From an uncultured Gemmatimonadales bacterium (GTDB lineage: Bacteria > Gemmatimonadota > Gemmatimonadetes > Gemmatimonadales > GWC2-71-9), in contig CAVSQW010000012.1 of the NCBI GenBank assembly GCA_963730185.1, forward strand, positions 160,001 to 224,000: DNA of 64,000 bases, read 5' to 3'. The first letter of the stretch is position 1, and each line of letters starts with the position of its first letter. The position numbers were made by a program, and so were the translations under genes. Under the pieces are notes generated by a model. That model did not search any database. It had not been told where the DNA came from and worked only from the letters and a program-made list of their open reading frames with translations. Below are positions 29,968-39,412 of this stretch, piece by piece.

Positions 29968-29989
29968 AATATTAGCTCTCACTTATATT
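29968..29989. promoter_or_regulatory. AT-rich imperfect palindrome, candidate ArsR operator
   Basis: AATATTAG-ctctca-CTTATATT (7/8 dyad) in a GC-rich background, 27 bp upstream of the SRPBCC-ArsR pair. Confidence 0.5.
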
Positions 29990-30016
29990 GAACTCGACCT
30001 TCACTTCCGAGCGGCA

Positions 30017-30673
30017 ATGACTCGACCCGTCGACGTCGCCCGTCATCTCGGCGCGGTGACCCGCACCGTGACCCGAACGGACCGGGACGGCAAGCCCGCC
30101 CGCGTCGTCATCGCCGTCCGGGAGTTCCCGTCCGACCCCGACGACGTCTGGGACGCGATCACCAGCGTCGAGCGGATCCCCCGCTGGTTTCTCCCCGTCG
30201 CCGGGGACCTCCGCCTGGGCGGGCGGTTTCAGCTCGAGGGCAACGCCGGCGGCCGGATCTTGGTCTGCGACCGGCCCCGGCATCTGGGACTCACGTGGGA
30301 GGGCGGCGGGCAGACCTCGTGGGTGGACGTGCGCCTGACGCCACTGAAGCCCGAGCGGACCCGGCTCGAATTGGAGCACGTGGCCCACGTCCCGGATGAG
30401 CTCTGGGACCAGTTCGGGCCGGGCGCGGTGGGGGTCGGCTGGGAGTCGGGCCTGATGGGGCTGGCCGAGTACCTGTCCGGAACGCCGGCCGTTACCCCGG
30501 CCGAGGGAATGGCCTGGCTCGGCACCGACGAGGGACGCCGGTTCCTTCGCGGGTCGAGCGACGCGTGGCGCGACGCGTCCATCCGGCATGGGACCCTGGC
30601 CGAGGCCGCGCGCGCCGCCGCCGAACGGACCTACGCCGCCTACACCGGCACCGGCGAGGCCGCCGATTCCTGA
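30017..30673 (+). CDS. SRPBCC/AHSA1-like ligand-binding protein
   Basis: DVWDAITSVERIPRWF..GDLRLGGRFQLEGNAGG, RTRLELEH and GPGAVGVGW. Confidence 0.85.
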   Translation: MTRPVDVARHLGAVTRTVTRTDRDGKPARVVIAVREFPSDPDDVWDAITSVERIPRWFLPVAGDLRLGGRFQLEGNAGGRILVCDRPRHLGLTWEGGGQTSWVDVRLTPLKPERTRLELEHVAHVPDELWDQFGPGAVGVGWESGLMGLAEYLSGTPAVTPAEGMAWLGTDEGRRFLRGSSDAWRDASIRHGTLAEAARAAAERTYAAYTGTGEAADS

Positions 30674-31017
30674 TGCACGCCTTCGACATCCTGGGCAATC
30701 CGGTCCGGCGCCGGATCCTCGAGCTCCTGGCGGGTGGAGAGCTCGCCTCCGGCGACGTGGTCACGGCCGTGCAGGCGGAGTTCGGGATCACCCAACCGGC
30801 GGTGTCGCAACACCTCAAGATCCTTCGGGAGAGCGGGTTCGCCAGCGTGCGGACCGAGGGTACCCGCCGTCTCTATCTGGTCGACACCTCACCGCTCGCG
30901 GAGGTGGACCGGTGGCTGGACGGGATCCGGGCGATGTGGGAGCGGCGGCTCGATGCCCTCGCGACCGAGATCGTGCGGGGCAAGCGGAAAGGGAAGGCCC
31001 GAGGGCTCGTGAAGTAG
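30673..31017 (+). CDS. ArsR/SmtB family transcriptional regulator
   Basis: FDILGNPVRRRILELL..ITQPAVSQHLKILRESG..EGTRRLY; TGATG overlap with the upstream gene. Confidence 0.9.
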   Translation: MHAFDILGNPVRRRILELLAGGELASGDVVTAVQAEFGITQPAVSQHLKILRESGFASVRTEGTRRLYLVDTSPLAEVDRWLDGIRAMWERRLDALATEIVRGKRKGKARGLVK

Positions 31018-31044
31018 TGGAGGTGAATCCGCCAGGAGATCGTC

Positions 31045-32172
31045 ATGACCACATCCGGCTCAGTCCACCTCAGCCGCCGCACGGTGCTTGCCGCCGCCGC
31101 GGCCACGCTGGTCACGTCGCCCCTCGAGCGGCTGGCCGGTCGTCGCGCGGCCGGGCGTTTGGTGGTCGATGGGCTCGACACCTCGGTGGTCAACGACGGG
31201 TTCCTGGACCTCGTCAGGCAGGGAGGCGCCGACTGCGTCCATAAGACACTCTACCGTCTCGACTCCTTCACCGAGCTTCACCAGTTCGTGTCCCGGCGCT
31301 CGGAGAGAGCCGTGGTCGCGACGACGGTCGCCGAAATCCGCGCCGCCCGGTCGGGAGGCAAGATCGCGTTCGTGCTGGGGGTCCAGGCGGCCGGCGGCGC
31401 CTACGGCAACGGCCTGGACGAGGCGATGGACCAGGCGCCGCTCGGAAGCCTCGCGCTACTCGGCCCCGCGCTCGACCGCTACTACGAGCAGGGCCTCCGG
31501 ATCCAGGGCCTCTGCTACAACGGCTACAATGTCTTCGGCAGCGGCTGCCTCGACCACACGGTCCCGCTCACCCGGGCCGGGCGCCGCCTGGTAGAGGAGA
31601 TCCACCGGCGCCGGATCCTGCTCGATGTCGGCGGCCACACCGGTGAGCGGACCAGCCTCGACGCGATCGAGCTCTCGCCCGGGACGCCAGTCGTCGTGAC
31701 CCATACGAACTTCGCGTCCCTCAATCCCAACATCCGCTGCATTTCGGACCGTCTGGCGGAGCGAGTCGCCGCCACGGGAGGCGTGATCGGCCTCACCGCC
31801 GTAAGCGACTTCCTGATGCGGAGCGCCCAAGTGGCGAAGCGCGACGGACCGACCAGCCCCCTGGCCAGCTTGGACCGGCTGCTCGACGACTTCGACTACG
31901 GCAGGCGCCTGGTCGGGGCCGAGCACCTGGGCCTCGGCCCGGACTTCCTCTGGGGCCAGGGAGAGGTCTCGGTCGATCCGCGGGATGCCGCCACCTTCAC
32001 GCCCGACGCCCTGAGTGCGGGGCCGGTCCGGACCGTCGCCGGGTTCGAGGACATCTCGAAGCTGGGGAACCTCGTGGCCGGGCTCCGGCGACGGGGGTGG
32101 AGCGAGACGGAGCTCGACCAGGTGCTGGGCGGGAGCTGGCTTCGGGTCTACCAGGCAGCCTGGGGCGAGTGA
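31045..32172 (+). CDS. Membrane dipeptidase (M19)-like amidohydrolase with Tat signal
   Basis: SRRTVL Tat motif; GLCYN, LTRAGRRLV, DVGGH, THTN..R, GLGPDF and GGSWLRV. Confidence 0.75.
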   Translation: MTTSGSVHLSRRTVLAAAAATLVTSPLERLAGRRAAGRLVVDGLDTSVVNDGFLDLVRQGGADCVHKTLYRLDSFTELHQFVSRRSERAVVATTVAEIRAARSGGKIAFVLGVQAAGGAYGNGLDEAMDQAPLGSLALLGPALDRYYEQGLRIQGLCYNGYNVFGSGCLDHTVPLTRAGRRLVEEIHRRRILLDVGGHTGERTSLDAIELSPGTPVVVTHTNFASLNPNIRCISDRLAERVAATGGVIGLTAVSDFLMRSAQVAKRDGPTSPLASLDRLLDDFDYGRRLVGAEHLGLGPDFLWGQGEVSVDPRDAATFTPDALSAGPVRTVAGFEDISKLGNLVAGLRRRGWSETELDQVLGGSWLRVYQAAWGE

Positions 32173-32282
32173 GCACCGATCCCCCGCCCGCCGGCTGGCC
32201 CCGCGGCCGATTCGGCGATATCGTAGGCTACGTCCGCGTCGGCGGGCGACTTACCCCGCACATCGGTTCGAGGAGGTTGGCG

Positions 32283-32789
32283 ATGCGTTCGGCGACGATC
32301 GTAGGCGTGGCACTGGTGCTGGCAGCTTGTCAGGCGAAGGAGACGGCCGAGCAGGCTCAGGCTCGGATGGCCACCGAGTCGGCGGCGGCCAAGACCGCGA
32401 TCGAGGCGGTCAACGCCGAGTTCACGAGCCACATGAATCAGGGTCACGCCAGCGTGGTGGCCGGATACTACACCGACGACGCGGTCTTCATGGGGCCCAA
32501 CGAGCCGGCCGCGAACGGCAAGGCTGCCGTCCAGGCCGCGGTCGAGGGGCTGGTGACGATGAAGCCTCAGCTGACCCTGACGACCGCGTCGGTCACCGCC
32601 AACGGGCCTCTCGCGGTCGAGCGAGGCACCTACGTCATGACGCTGACGCCGCCGGGCGCGCCCGCCGCCGTTGCCGACACCGGCAAGTACCTGGTCCACT
32701 GGCGCCAAGTCGACGGCAAGTGGCTCCTGGCAGAGGACATCTTCAACAGCGACCTCCCGCCCGCGCCCGCCCCGCCCCCGGCCAAGTAG
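32283..32789 (+). CDS. NTF2-like/DUF4440 (SnoaL-like) lipoprotein
   Basis: Lipobox LAAC; YTDDAVFMGP and GKYLVHWRQVDGKW..DIFNSD; GGAGG RBS. Confidence 0.8.
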   Translation: MRSATIVGVALVLAACQAKETAEQAQARMATESAAAKTAIEAVNAEFTSHMNQGHASVVAGYYTDDAVFMGPNEPAANGKAAVQAAVEGLVTMKPQLTLTTASVTANGPLAVERGTYVMTLTPPGAPAAVADTGKYLVHWRQVDGKWLLAEDIFNSDLPPAPAPPPAK

Positions 32790-32813
32790 CGCCCTGCCGA
32801 ACGGGTCCGCCGG

Positions 32814-33284
32814 TCAGCAGACGGCCCCGTTCGGCAGGGCGGAGACCCAGAGATAGAGACTGTCGCCGGCGAAGCCGGTCAGCGGGGTCACACTGGGCGG
32901 ACGGTGGCAGAATCCCCGGGTATCGGGATTGACGCCGCCCGCCTGGAAGGAAACGTGGTAGGCCCAGTCGGCCTCGACCTGGAAAGAGCCGGTCGCCACC
33001 GCGACCTCGTGGCCGGCCTGGTCGCGGGCGACGGCGCGGAGCACCACGGTCTGGCCAGGCGAAGCCTCGAAGGAAGGAAACGACTCGGGCTGACTCGGCG
33101 ACGCGCCGGACGTCCCGACCCGCGTTAGATGCAGGGAGCCGGCGTCGACCGTCAGCTCGGCCGTCGCGGTGGAGAGGGTCGGGGCATAGCCCAGGAAATC
33201 CACCCCGATGGATACGCTCCCACCGGAATCGGCCATCCCGCAGCCCGCAAGCCCCAGCGTCAGCACCAGCCATCCCTTGGTCAT
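32814..33284 (-). CDS. Hypothetical lipoprotein
   Basis: MTKGWLVLTLGLAGC lipobox; beta-rich mature part with two C-terminal Cys. Confidence 0.55.
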   Translation of the reverse strand: MTKGWLVLTLGLAGCGMADSGGSVSIGVDFLGYAPTLSTATAELTVDAGSLHLTRVGTSGASPSQPESFPSFEASPGQTVVLRAVARDQAGHEVAVATGSFQVEADWAYHVSFQAGGVNPDTRGFCHRPPSVTPLTGFAGDSLYLWVSALPNGAVC

Positions 33285-33342
33285 CTCGGTAGGATATGCC
33301 GGGTCAGGAAGGCCCGCCGTGATCCGGATCACACCGGGCCGC

Positions 33343-33540
33343 CTACCCCTTCCAGATCGCGGCGTCGATGATCGACCAGAGGTGGACCAGCCATCCCAGC
33401 AAGAAGATCCAGAGAACGGCCGCCAGCGCGAACATGATGGCGGCCTTGATCCACCGCCCCTGGATCAGCTGGCCCAGACCGGGAATGAAGAAGCTGGCGA
33501 GCGCGGCGATGACGTTGCCGGTGGAGCCGGCTCCAGACAT
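33343..33540 (-). CDS. Small membrane protein (TM2-like, SFFIPGLGQ motif)
   Basis: 65 aa, ASFFIPGLGQLIQGR followed by two TM helices; GAGG RBS. Confidence 0.75.
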   Translation of the reverse strand: MSGAGSTGNVIAALASFFIPGLGQLIQGRWIKAAIMFALAAVLWIFLLGWLVHLWSIIDAAIWKG

Positions 33541-33604
33541 GACGACCTCTCGAGCGGTGGAATCGAGAAGATACGTCGGCGAGCGGGGAGGGTCGACCGC
33601 CCCC

Positions 33605-34759
33605 TCAGGAGCCCCCCGCGCGGCCGGGCCGGGCCCCGCCGGTCGGCAGCCAGTCACAGCCGCGGTCGTCGATCAGATAGGAATGGAGCACGGTCCGGAG
33701 CCGCCCGTCGCCGCCCACGGTCCGGGGCAGGAAGTACAACGTGTCGCCCCGGAAGAACGGGGCGATCATCTCGTCCGAGCCGATCGGCGCCAGGCCGTCG
33801 ACGCAGGCTCGGCTCAGGTCCGCCGAGATCAGGCTCACCCAGTACCGGAGGTTCGAGAGAAGGAGCCGGCCGCCGCCGGACGCCGGCGAGACCAGCGAGT
33901 CCAACCGCGCCTCGGCATCGAGGTGGACGACGACATAGTCGCCGCTCGACTGCCGATGAACCGCCATGGCGAGTGACTGCACGTAGTGAAACGACGTCAG
34001 GTGGGCGAGCGAGTCGGCCAGCCCCTGAGGCACCCCCTTCCGACGCCGGGCCGGCAGCGCGACCGTGCCCTCGATCCGGCCGGCCCGGTCCAGGAGGTAG
34101 AGGGGCGCCTCGGCGGGAAAGAGCGCGAGCCACCCCTCGTCGCGCCGGGCGATCGACGGCTCTCCCTGCGAGTACGCCGCCATGACCTCGTGGAAGACGG
34201 GTGGCACGTCGCCCCACGACCAGACGCTGTCGGTCGCCGGCACCCATGAGGTGAACGGGGTCGGGCTCAGCTTGCCGGGCATCACCACCGTGTCGGCCCG
34301 GAGCCGCCACTGCTGGTCGGGGAAGAACGGCCGAACGATCACCTCGCGTCTGAGCCGGCCGTCGTCGAGTCCGAACACCACGATTCTGGCCCGGCGAGCG
34401 TCGACCGCGGCCACCAGAGAGTCGCCCGGCGGAACGAGGATGGTCGAAATCCGGACGAACTCGCCGGGACCATTGCCCAGCCGGCCCATGACCCGGACCA
34501 ACCCTCCCGAACGGTCGAATTGGAGAATGGAGGTGCCGGTCTCGATCAGGAGATCGCCCCGACCGGTCAAGGCCTGGGTACGGAGCGCCAGGAAGGACTC
34601 GAGGCTGTCCGGCTCGGCCAGGACGAGCGAGTCCAGGGCACGGACGGCCGGCCCGGCACCCGAGCGACCGCCGCACGCCGCGGCGAGGGCCACCCCCAGG
34701 AGAGCGAACCACCGACCGACGCGGCGGTCCCGGGACCGCCCGCGTCGGGTCCCGATCAT
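33605..34759 (-). CDS. 6-bladed beta-propeller-like lipoprotein
   Basis: Lipobox LAAAC; GRLGNGPGEF motif; ATG overlaps the stop of the upstream gene. Confidence 0.65.
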   Translation of the reverse strand: MIGTRRGRSRDRRVGRWFALLGVALAAACGGRSGAGPAVRALDSLVLAEPDSLESFLALRTQALTGRGDLLIETGTSILQFDRSGGLVRVMGRLGNGPGEFVRISTILVPPGDSLVAAVDARRARIVVFGLDDGRLRREVIVRPFFPDQQWRLRADTVVMPGKLSPTPFTSWVPATDSVWSWGDVPPVFHEVMAAYSQGEPSIARRDEGWLALFPAEAPLYLLDRAGRIEGTVALPARRRKGVPQGLADSLAHLTSFHYVQSLAMAVHRQSSGDYVVVHLDAEARLDSLVSPASGGGRLLLSNLRYWVSLISADLSRACVDGLAPIGSDEMIAPFFRGDTLYFLPRTVGGDGRLRTVLHSYLIDDRGCDWLPTGGARPGRAGGS

Positions 34760-35076
34760 CAGACCGGGGTCACGACCGGCGAATCGTCGGGCAGCGCCCG
34801 GCCGGCGTCGGACGATGCCGGGGTCGCCGGGCGCGCCAGCCGCCGCTCCGCGAAGTCGAGCCGCTCCTCCACCTCGATCAGCTCGGCCCGAAGCCGCTCG
34901 ACCTCCCCGGTGAGCTCGGCGGCCCGCCCCCGGTTGATGTGCCCCTTGAGCCAGCTGATCGCGGCCCGGCCGAGGGGTGTGACCGACAGGAGCGTGATGC
35001 CGAGCGCGCCGACGATCCAGGGAATGAGCAGGTTGATCGAGTGGTTGATCCACCAGTTGATCTGATCCGGATTCAT
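34759..35076 (-). CDS. Hypothetical membrane protein with coiled coil (EERLDFAER motif)
   Basis: One TM segment, then LRAELIEVEERLDFAERRL; AGGAGGAAGG RBS. Confidence 0.65.
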   Translation of the reverse strand: MNPDQINWWINHSINLLIPWIVGALGITLLSVTPLGRAAISWLKGHINRGRAAELTGEVERLRAELIEVEERLDFAERRLARPATPASSDAGRALPDDSPVVTPV

Positions 35077-35257
35077 TGCCTTCCTCCTCGTCCGGGGTCC
35101 CGGCGTCTGCTCCTCAGCGAATGTAGAAGGGTTCCGCCACGCGAGGCCCTCGCCGAAAACCGAGGTCGGGCCACGAGGTTGAAGATGGGAAGTGCGGTCG
35201 CTCGGCGCCACGCACCCAGCCGACCGGCAACCGAGAGATCCACTGGTTGGCGGCGGC

Positions 35258-35285
35258 TTGTATTTCGGGGTTTGTTCGGTATCTT
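35258..35285 (+). promoter_or_regulatory. Candidate promoter with a LexA-like direct repeat
   Basis: TTGTAT-N16-TATCTT enclosing TTTC-N7-GTTC (35263-35277), upstream of the repair-type radical SAM gene. Confidence 0.4.
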
Positions 35286-35316
35286 GAGATCCCGCCCCAC
35301 CGGAGCACGATCCACG

Positions 35317-36594
35317 ATGAAGCGCCCCGCCGACCTCGAAGCCAAGGTCTCGCTCCTGATGTCGCTTGCCCAGGACGATCGCGAGGGGCTTCCGGGCGCC
35401 CGGCCGTCGCCCCCCCGGCTCCGGAACGCGAACCGGGCCGGCGTCCTCGGTCCGGCCACCATCCGCCAGGTTCGGCCGGCCGGCGGTCCGGCGACCTCAC
35501 TGCTCCGGATCTTGATGACGAACGCGTGCAGCTTCAACTGTCACTACTGCCCGATGCGGCGCGACCGGAATCTGCCTCGGACTCTCCTCAAGCCGGAGGA
35601 GCTGGTCCGGGTCTTCATCGGCGCGCTGGAGCGCGGGTGGTGCTCGGGACTCTTCATCACGACCGGGATTCCGGGCCGTCCGACCAAGGTGATGGACGAC
35701 CTGATCGCGGTCCTGGAGCTGCTCCGCGAGCGGCACCGTTTCCGGGGTTACGTCCACACCAAGATCGTGCCGGGCGGCGATGCCGCGCAGGTGGAGCGTC
35801 TGACGTCGCTGGCCTCCCGGGTGTCGGTCAACGTCGAGGCACCCTGCGGCCGGCACCTGGCCCGGATCGCCCCCGAGAAGCGCCTGGACACCACGCTCGA
35901 GACCTTCGAGCAGGCGCGGGCGCTGGTCAACCACACCCGCCGGGCGGAGCGGGCCGGCCGGCCCCGCGATCTGCTGCATCCCGGCGGCGTGGCGGGCATG
36001 ACGATGCAGTTCGTGGTGGGCGCGACGCCCGACAGCGACCGGGCCATCATGGACAAGGTCACCGAGCTCAACCGGGCGGGCGGGGTCCACCACACCCACT
36101 TCAGCGCCTTTCGGCCGATCCGCGACACACCGATGGAGCAGGTCCCGGCCACGCCGGCTCTCCGGGAGCATCGCCTCTATCAGGTGGACCACCTGGTTCG
36201 CGACTACGGCTTCGCTCCGACCGAGATCCCATACGATGCTCGCGGGAACGTGCCGCTGGCCCGCGACCCCAAGATCACCTGGGCCCTGGCCGAGCCCGAT
36301 CGGTTCCCGGTCGAGCTCAGGACGGCGGGCTACGACGAACTGGTTCGGGTGCCCGGTATCGGGCCGGGAACGGCGCGACGGATCGTGGCCGAGCGCCGAA
36401 CGACCACCATTCGGGGGCTGAACGACCTGAAACGGCTCGGGGCCAAGACCAATCGGGCCGCCGGATTCCTCACCATCGGTGGCCGGCGGCTCCAGCACGA
36501 GCGCTGGGCCGAGCAGCTCGGATTTTGGAGCCCGGAGGAGGAGGCGGGAGCCCCGCAGCTCCTCTACGAGGTGAGTCCCGGCACGTTCCGCTGA
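35317..36594 (+). CDS. Putative DNA modification/repair radical SAM protein with C-terminal HhH (TIGR03916-like)
   Basis: LLRILMTNACSFNCHYC (CxxxCxxC), GLFITTG, TMQFVVGA, REHRLYQVD, DPKITWAL and RVPGIGP (HhH). Confidence 0.85.
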   Translation: MKRPADLEAKVSLLMSLAQDDREGLPGARPSPPRLRNANRAGVLGPATIRQVRPAGGPATSLLRILMTNACSFNCHYCPMRRDRNLPRTLLKPEELVRVFIGALERGWCSGLFITTGIPGRPTKVMDDLIAVLELLRERHRFRGYVHTKIVPGGDAAQVERLTSLASRVSVNVEAPCGRHLARIAPEKRLDTTLETFEQARALVNHTRRAERAGRPRDLLHPGGVAGMTMQFVVGATPDSDRAIMDKVTELNRAGGVHHTHFSAFRPIRDTPMEQVPATPALREHRLYQVDHLVRDYGFAPTEIPYDARGNVPLARDPKITWALAEPDRFPVELRTAGYDELVRVPGIGPGTARRIVAERRTTTIRGLNDLKRLGAKTNRAAGFLTIGGRRLQHERWAEQLGFWSPEEEAGAPQLLYEVSPGTFR

Positions 36595-36766
36595 CGCCGG
36601 ACGGATTCCGCCGCACCGGGCAAAGGCTTAGACTGGCTCGGTCCTGTCAAGCCGACCAGCCCTTGGGAGCGCGGGTGGTCCTCGGGACGACGCGTGAGCC
36701 TCCCGGATGGTTGACTCCGAAGGCCTCCGAGCGGAGGTTGCCCAACCCCGTGACCGCCGAGCGTCA

Positions 36767-38122
36767 ATGAAGAGTTCCACAATCGGGATCGCCATCGTTG
36801 GGCTGGCCCTGGTTGGGCCGGTCTCCGTCGCCGGAGCGCAGCAGGCGTCGATGGGGGAGTTCCCGTTGCCGATGGGCGAGCCCCGTTCGACGCCGCACGC
36901 CGGTTTCATGACGTCAGCCGGCGGTTGGCAGATCCGCGTCCACGGGTTCGCCTTCCTTGGGACGACCTCGGCGACCGGGCCTCGAGGCGAGAGCCACTCC
37001 CTGACGCCGAGCATGGCATCGGTCGCAGCGATGCGGCCGCTCGGACGAGGCCGCCTCAGTCTCCGCCTCGGCGTGAGCGCCGACCCCACGATGGGGGCGA
37101 GAGGCTACCCGCTCCTGCTCCAGACCGGAGAGACGGCCGACGGTCTCACCCCGCTTCACGATCGCCAGCACCCGCACGACCTCCTGACCGAGCTGGGTCT
37201 GGCGTACCGTCAGCAGGTCGGGGATTCGCTCGACGGATTTCTCTATCTGGCGGCCGTCGGTCAGCCGGCCTTCGGTCCGGTGGCGTTCATGCATCGGGCC
37301 TCCGGCCGCGAGCTGCCCGAGGCGCCGCTCGGCCACCACCTCCAGGACGCAACCCACATCACCAACGGCGTGCTCCGCTTCGGCGTCGTGAGCCGCGGTA
37401 TCGTCACCCTCGAAGCCTCGCTTTTCAACGGGCGGGAGCCGGACCCGGACCGTTGGACGCCCGACCCGATCCGGCTCGACTCCTATTCGCTTCGGGCCCT
37501 GGTGAACCTGAAGGCGGATTGGGCCCTGCAGGCGAGTGTGGCGCACGTCGCCCAGCCGGAGCGGCTCCACCCGACCATCGACGAGACCCGGCTGTCGTTT
37601 TCGGCCACCTACAACCGCCCGCTTCGGAGCGGCAACTGGCAGACCACCTTCGCTTGGGGCCGGAACCTCACCATGCGGCGGATCATTCCGTTCACCGAGG
37701 CGCGGGCGATCTTCCCCGCCCCGGTGCTGGCGCACTACCTCGCGCTGGCCGAGCTTACGGGGCTGCCGGCCGACTCACTGGACCTGGTCTTTCCGAGCCA
37801 GCCGACCTCGGGATTGCTCCTGGAAAGCGCACTCGAGACGGGTCCGGCGATCGTGACGGCTCGGGCCGAGTATCTGGGCAAGCGAGAGATCTTCGACCCG
37901 ACCGACCTTCGGCACAGCGAGCTCTTCCACGTCGGCAAGGTCTCGGCGGGGGCGATGTGGCAGGTGGAGCTCAGTTCGCAGCTGTCGCTCGGCGTGGGAG
38001 CCGAGGGGAGCCTTCATGTCGTCCCAACGTCGATCCAGCCGGACTATGGGACGATGCCGCTATCGGGGCAGCTCTTTGCCCGGCTCCGGATTCGGACTCG
38101 GATGCAGGGAGACGGCCACTGA
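36767..38122 (+). CDS. Hypothetical secreted/outer-membrane beta-barrel-like protein (DRQHPHD motif)
   Basis: Signal peptide; GYPLLLQTGET, DRQHPHDL, GPVAFMHR, HHLQDATHI and FNGREPD; alternating beta-strand pattern at the C-terminus. Confidence 0.65.
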   Translation: MKSSTIGIAIVGLALVGPVSVAGAQQASMGEFPLPMGEPRSTPHAGFMTSAGGWQIRVHGFAFLGTTSATGPRGESHSLTPSMASVAAMRPLGRGRLSLRLGVSADPTMGARGYPLLLQTGETADGLTPLHDRQHPHDLLTELGLAYRQQVGDSLDGFLYLAAVGQPAFGPVAFMHRASGRELPEAPLGHHLQDATHITNGVLRFGVVSRGIVTLEASLFNGREPDPDRWTPDPIRLDSYSLRALVNLKADWALQASVAHVAQPERLHPTIDETRLSFSATYNRPLRSGNWQTTFAWGRNLTMRRIIPFTEARAIFPAPVLAHYLALAELTGLPADSLDLVFPSQPTSGLLLESALETGPAIVTARAEYLGKREIFDPTDLRHSELFHVGKVSAGAMWQVELSSQLSLGVGAEGSLHVVPTSIQPDYGTMPLSGQLFARLRIRTRMQGDGH

Positions 38123-38146
38123 ACCGGCGCGGAAACGGATGTGGCG

Positions 38147-39412
38147 TCAGCGCCGATCGACCACCACCCTCCCGCCCTTCATGACCCACCGGACCCCGCC
38201 GATCACGACGTCGATGTCGGCCGTCGGATCGCCGTCCACCGCCACGATGTCGGCATAATAGCCGGGCGCCACCCGGCCGAGGTCGCTCTCGTGGCCGAGG
38301 AGCGCGGCACCGACCGTGGTCGCGGAGGCGAGCGCCTGGACCGGCGTCATCCCGGCCTTCACGAACCACTCCAGCTCGCGGGTGTTCTCGCCGAAACCGG
38401 TGAAGACGGCATCCGAGCCCATCGCGATCTTGACGCCGGCCCGGAACGCCTTCTGGAGGGTGACGAAGTTGCGCTGGACGTAGTCCTGGAGCCGGTCGAC
38501 CACGGCCTGGCTGTACCCATACTCGTCGCGGTGGGCGACGTAATAGCGGTTGTGGTCGACGGTGGGCACGTAGACCGTGCCTCGCCGGACCATCTCGGCG
38601 ATGGTGGCGTCGTCCAGGTCGGTGGCGTGCTCGACCGACTCGGCCCCCGCCCGGACCGCGTCGCGGGCGCCGTCCGGCCCGTAGGAATGGATGGCGATCC
38701 GCTTCCCGGCCCGGTGGGCCACGTCCGCGGCCGCCTTCATCTCCTCATACGAGAAGGTCTGAAAGCCGGAGACGTCCTGATCGCTCCCGGTGGAGCCGTA
38801 CATCTTGACCCAGTCGGCGCCGGCCCCGATCTGCTCCCGCGCCACCCGCATGACCTCGGCCACGCCATCGGCCCGGCCGGGATCGGGCCGGGTCACGCCC
38901 GGCGGCGGTGCGGCCCGGCTGATGTGGAGACCGTAGCCCGCGACGAACATCCGCGGCCCGGGAATGGCGCCCCGCTCGATCAGCGCCTTGAGCGCCAGGT
39001 CGGTGTACTGCCACGACCCGAGGTCGCGCACCGTGGTGACGCCGGTTTCGAGGGTCGTCCGGGCGTTCTCCTGAGCCAGGAACACCGTGACCGGCGCGCC
39101 GAGGCTGCCGAGCTGGCTCCAGGGACGGGTGCCCGGGGTCCGGTCCCAGTAATACGACATGTGGGTGTGGACGTCGATCATTCCCGGGATGCCGGTGTAA
39201 CGGCGGAGATCGATCACCGTTGCGCCGGGCGGCACCGCGCCGTCGCCCGAGCCCACCGTGGCGATTCGCTCGCCGTCCACGACCACCACGGCGTCGGCCG
39301 TGACCGCCCCGGTACCATCCACCAGGCGACCGAACCGGATCGCGGTGACCTGGGCGGCGACCGGCGGCGCCGTCAGAACGGCCAGCGCGACCGCGAGCGC
39401 TCGGCGGGTCAT
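38147..39412 (-). CDS. Secreted metal-dependent amidohydrolase (Xaa-Pro dipeptidase-like)
   Basis: PGMIDVHTH, GVTTVRDLG, GADWVK, HSYG, SVEH, GSDA and GYYADIVAVDGDP. ATG 39412 overlaps the mmsA stop. Confidence 0.85.
   Translation of the reverse strand: MTRRALAVALAVLTAPPVAAQVTAIRFGRLVDGTGAVTADAVVVVDGERIATVGSGDGAVPPGATVIDLRRYTGIPGMIDVHTHMSYYWDRTPGTRPWSQLGSLGAPVTVFLAQENARTTLETGVTTVRDLGSWQYTDLALKALIERGAIPGPRMFVAGYGLHISRAAPPPGVTRPDPGRADGVAEVMRVAREQIGAGADWVKMYGSTGSDQDVSGFQTFSYEEMKAAADVAHRAGKRIAIHSYGPDGARDAVRAGAESVEHATDLDDATIAEMVRRGTVYVPTVDHNRYYVAHRDEYGYSQAVVDRLQDYVQRNFVTLQKAFRAGVKIAMGSDAVFTGFGENTRELEWFVKAGMTPVQALASATTVGAALLGHESDLGRVAPGYYADIVAVDGDPTADIDVVIGGVRWVMKGGRVVVDRR

Noticed and set aside
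35317..36594. Radical SAM as a RiPP maturase for the nearby cluster
   Set aside because: It has no SPASM or RRE domain. Its HhH and motifs match the DNA-repair-associated family, and it is separated from the cluster by unrelated genes.
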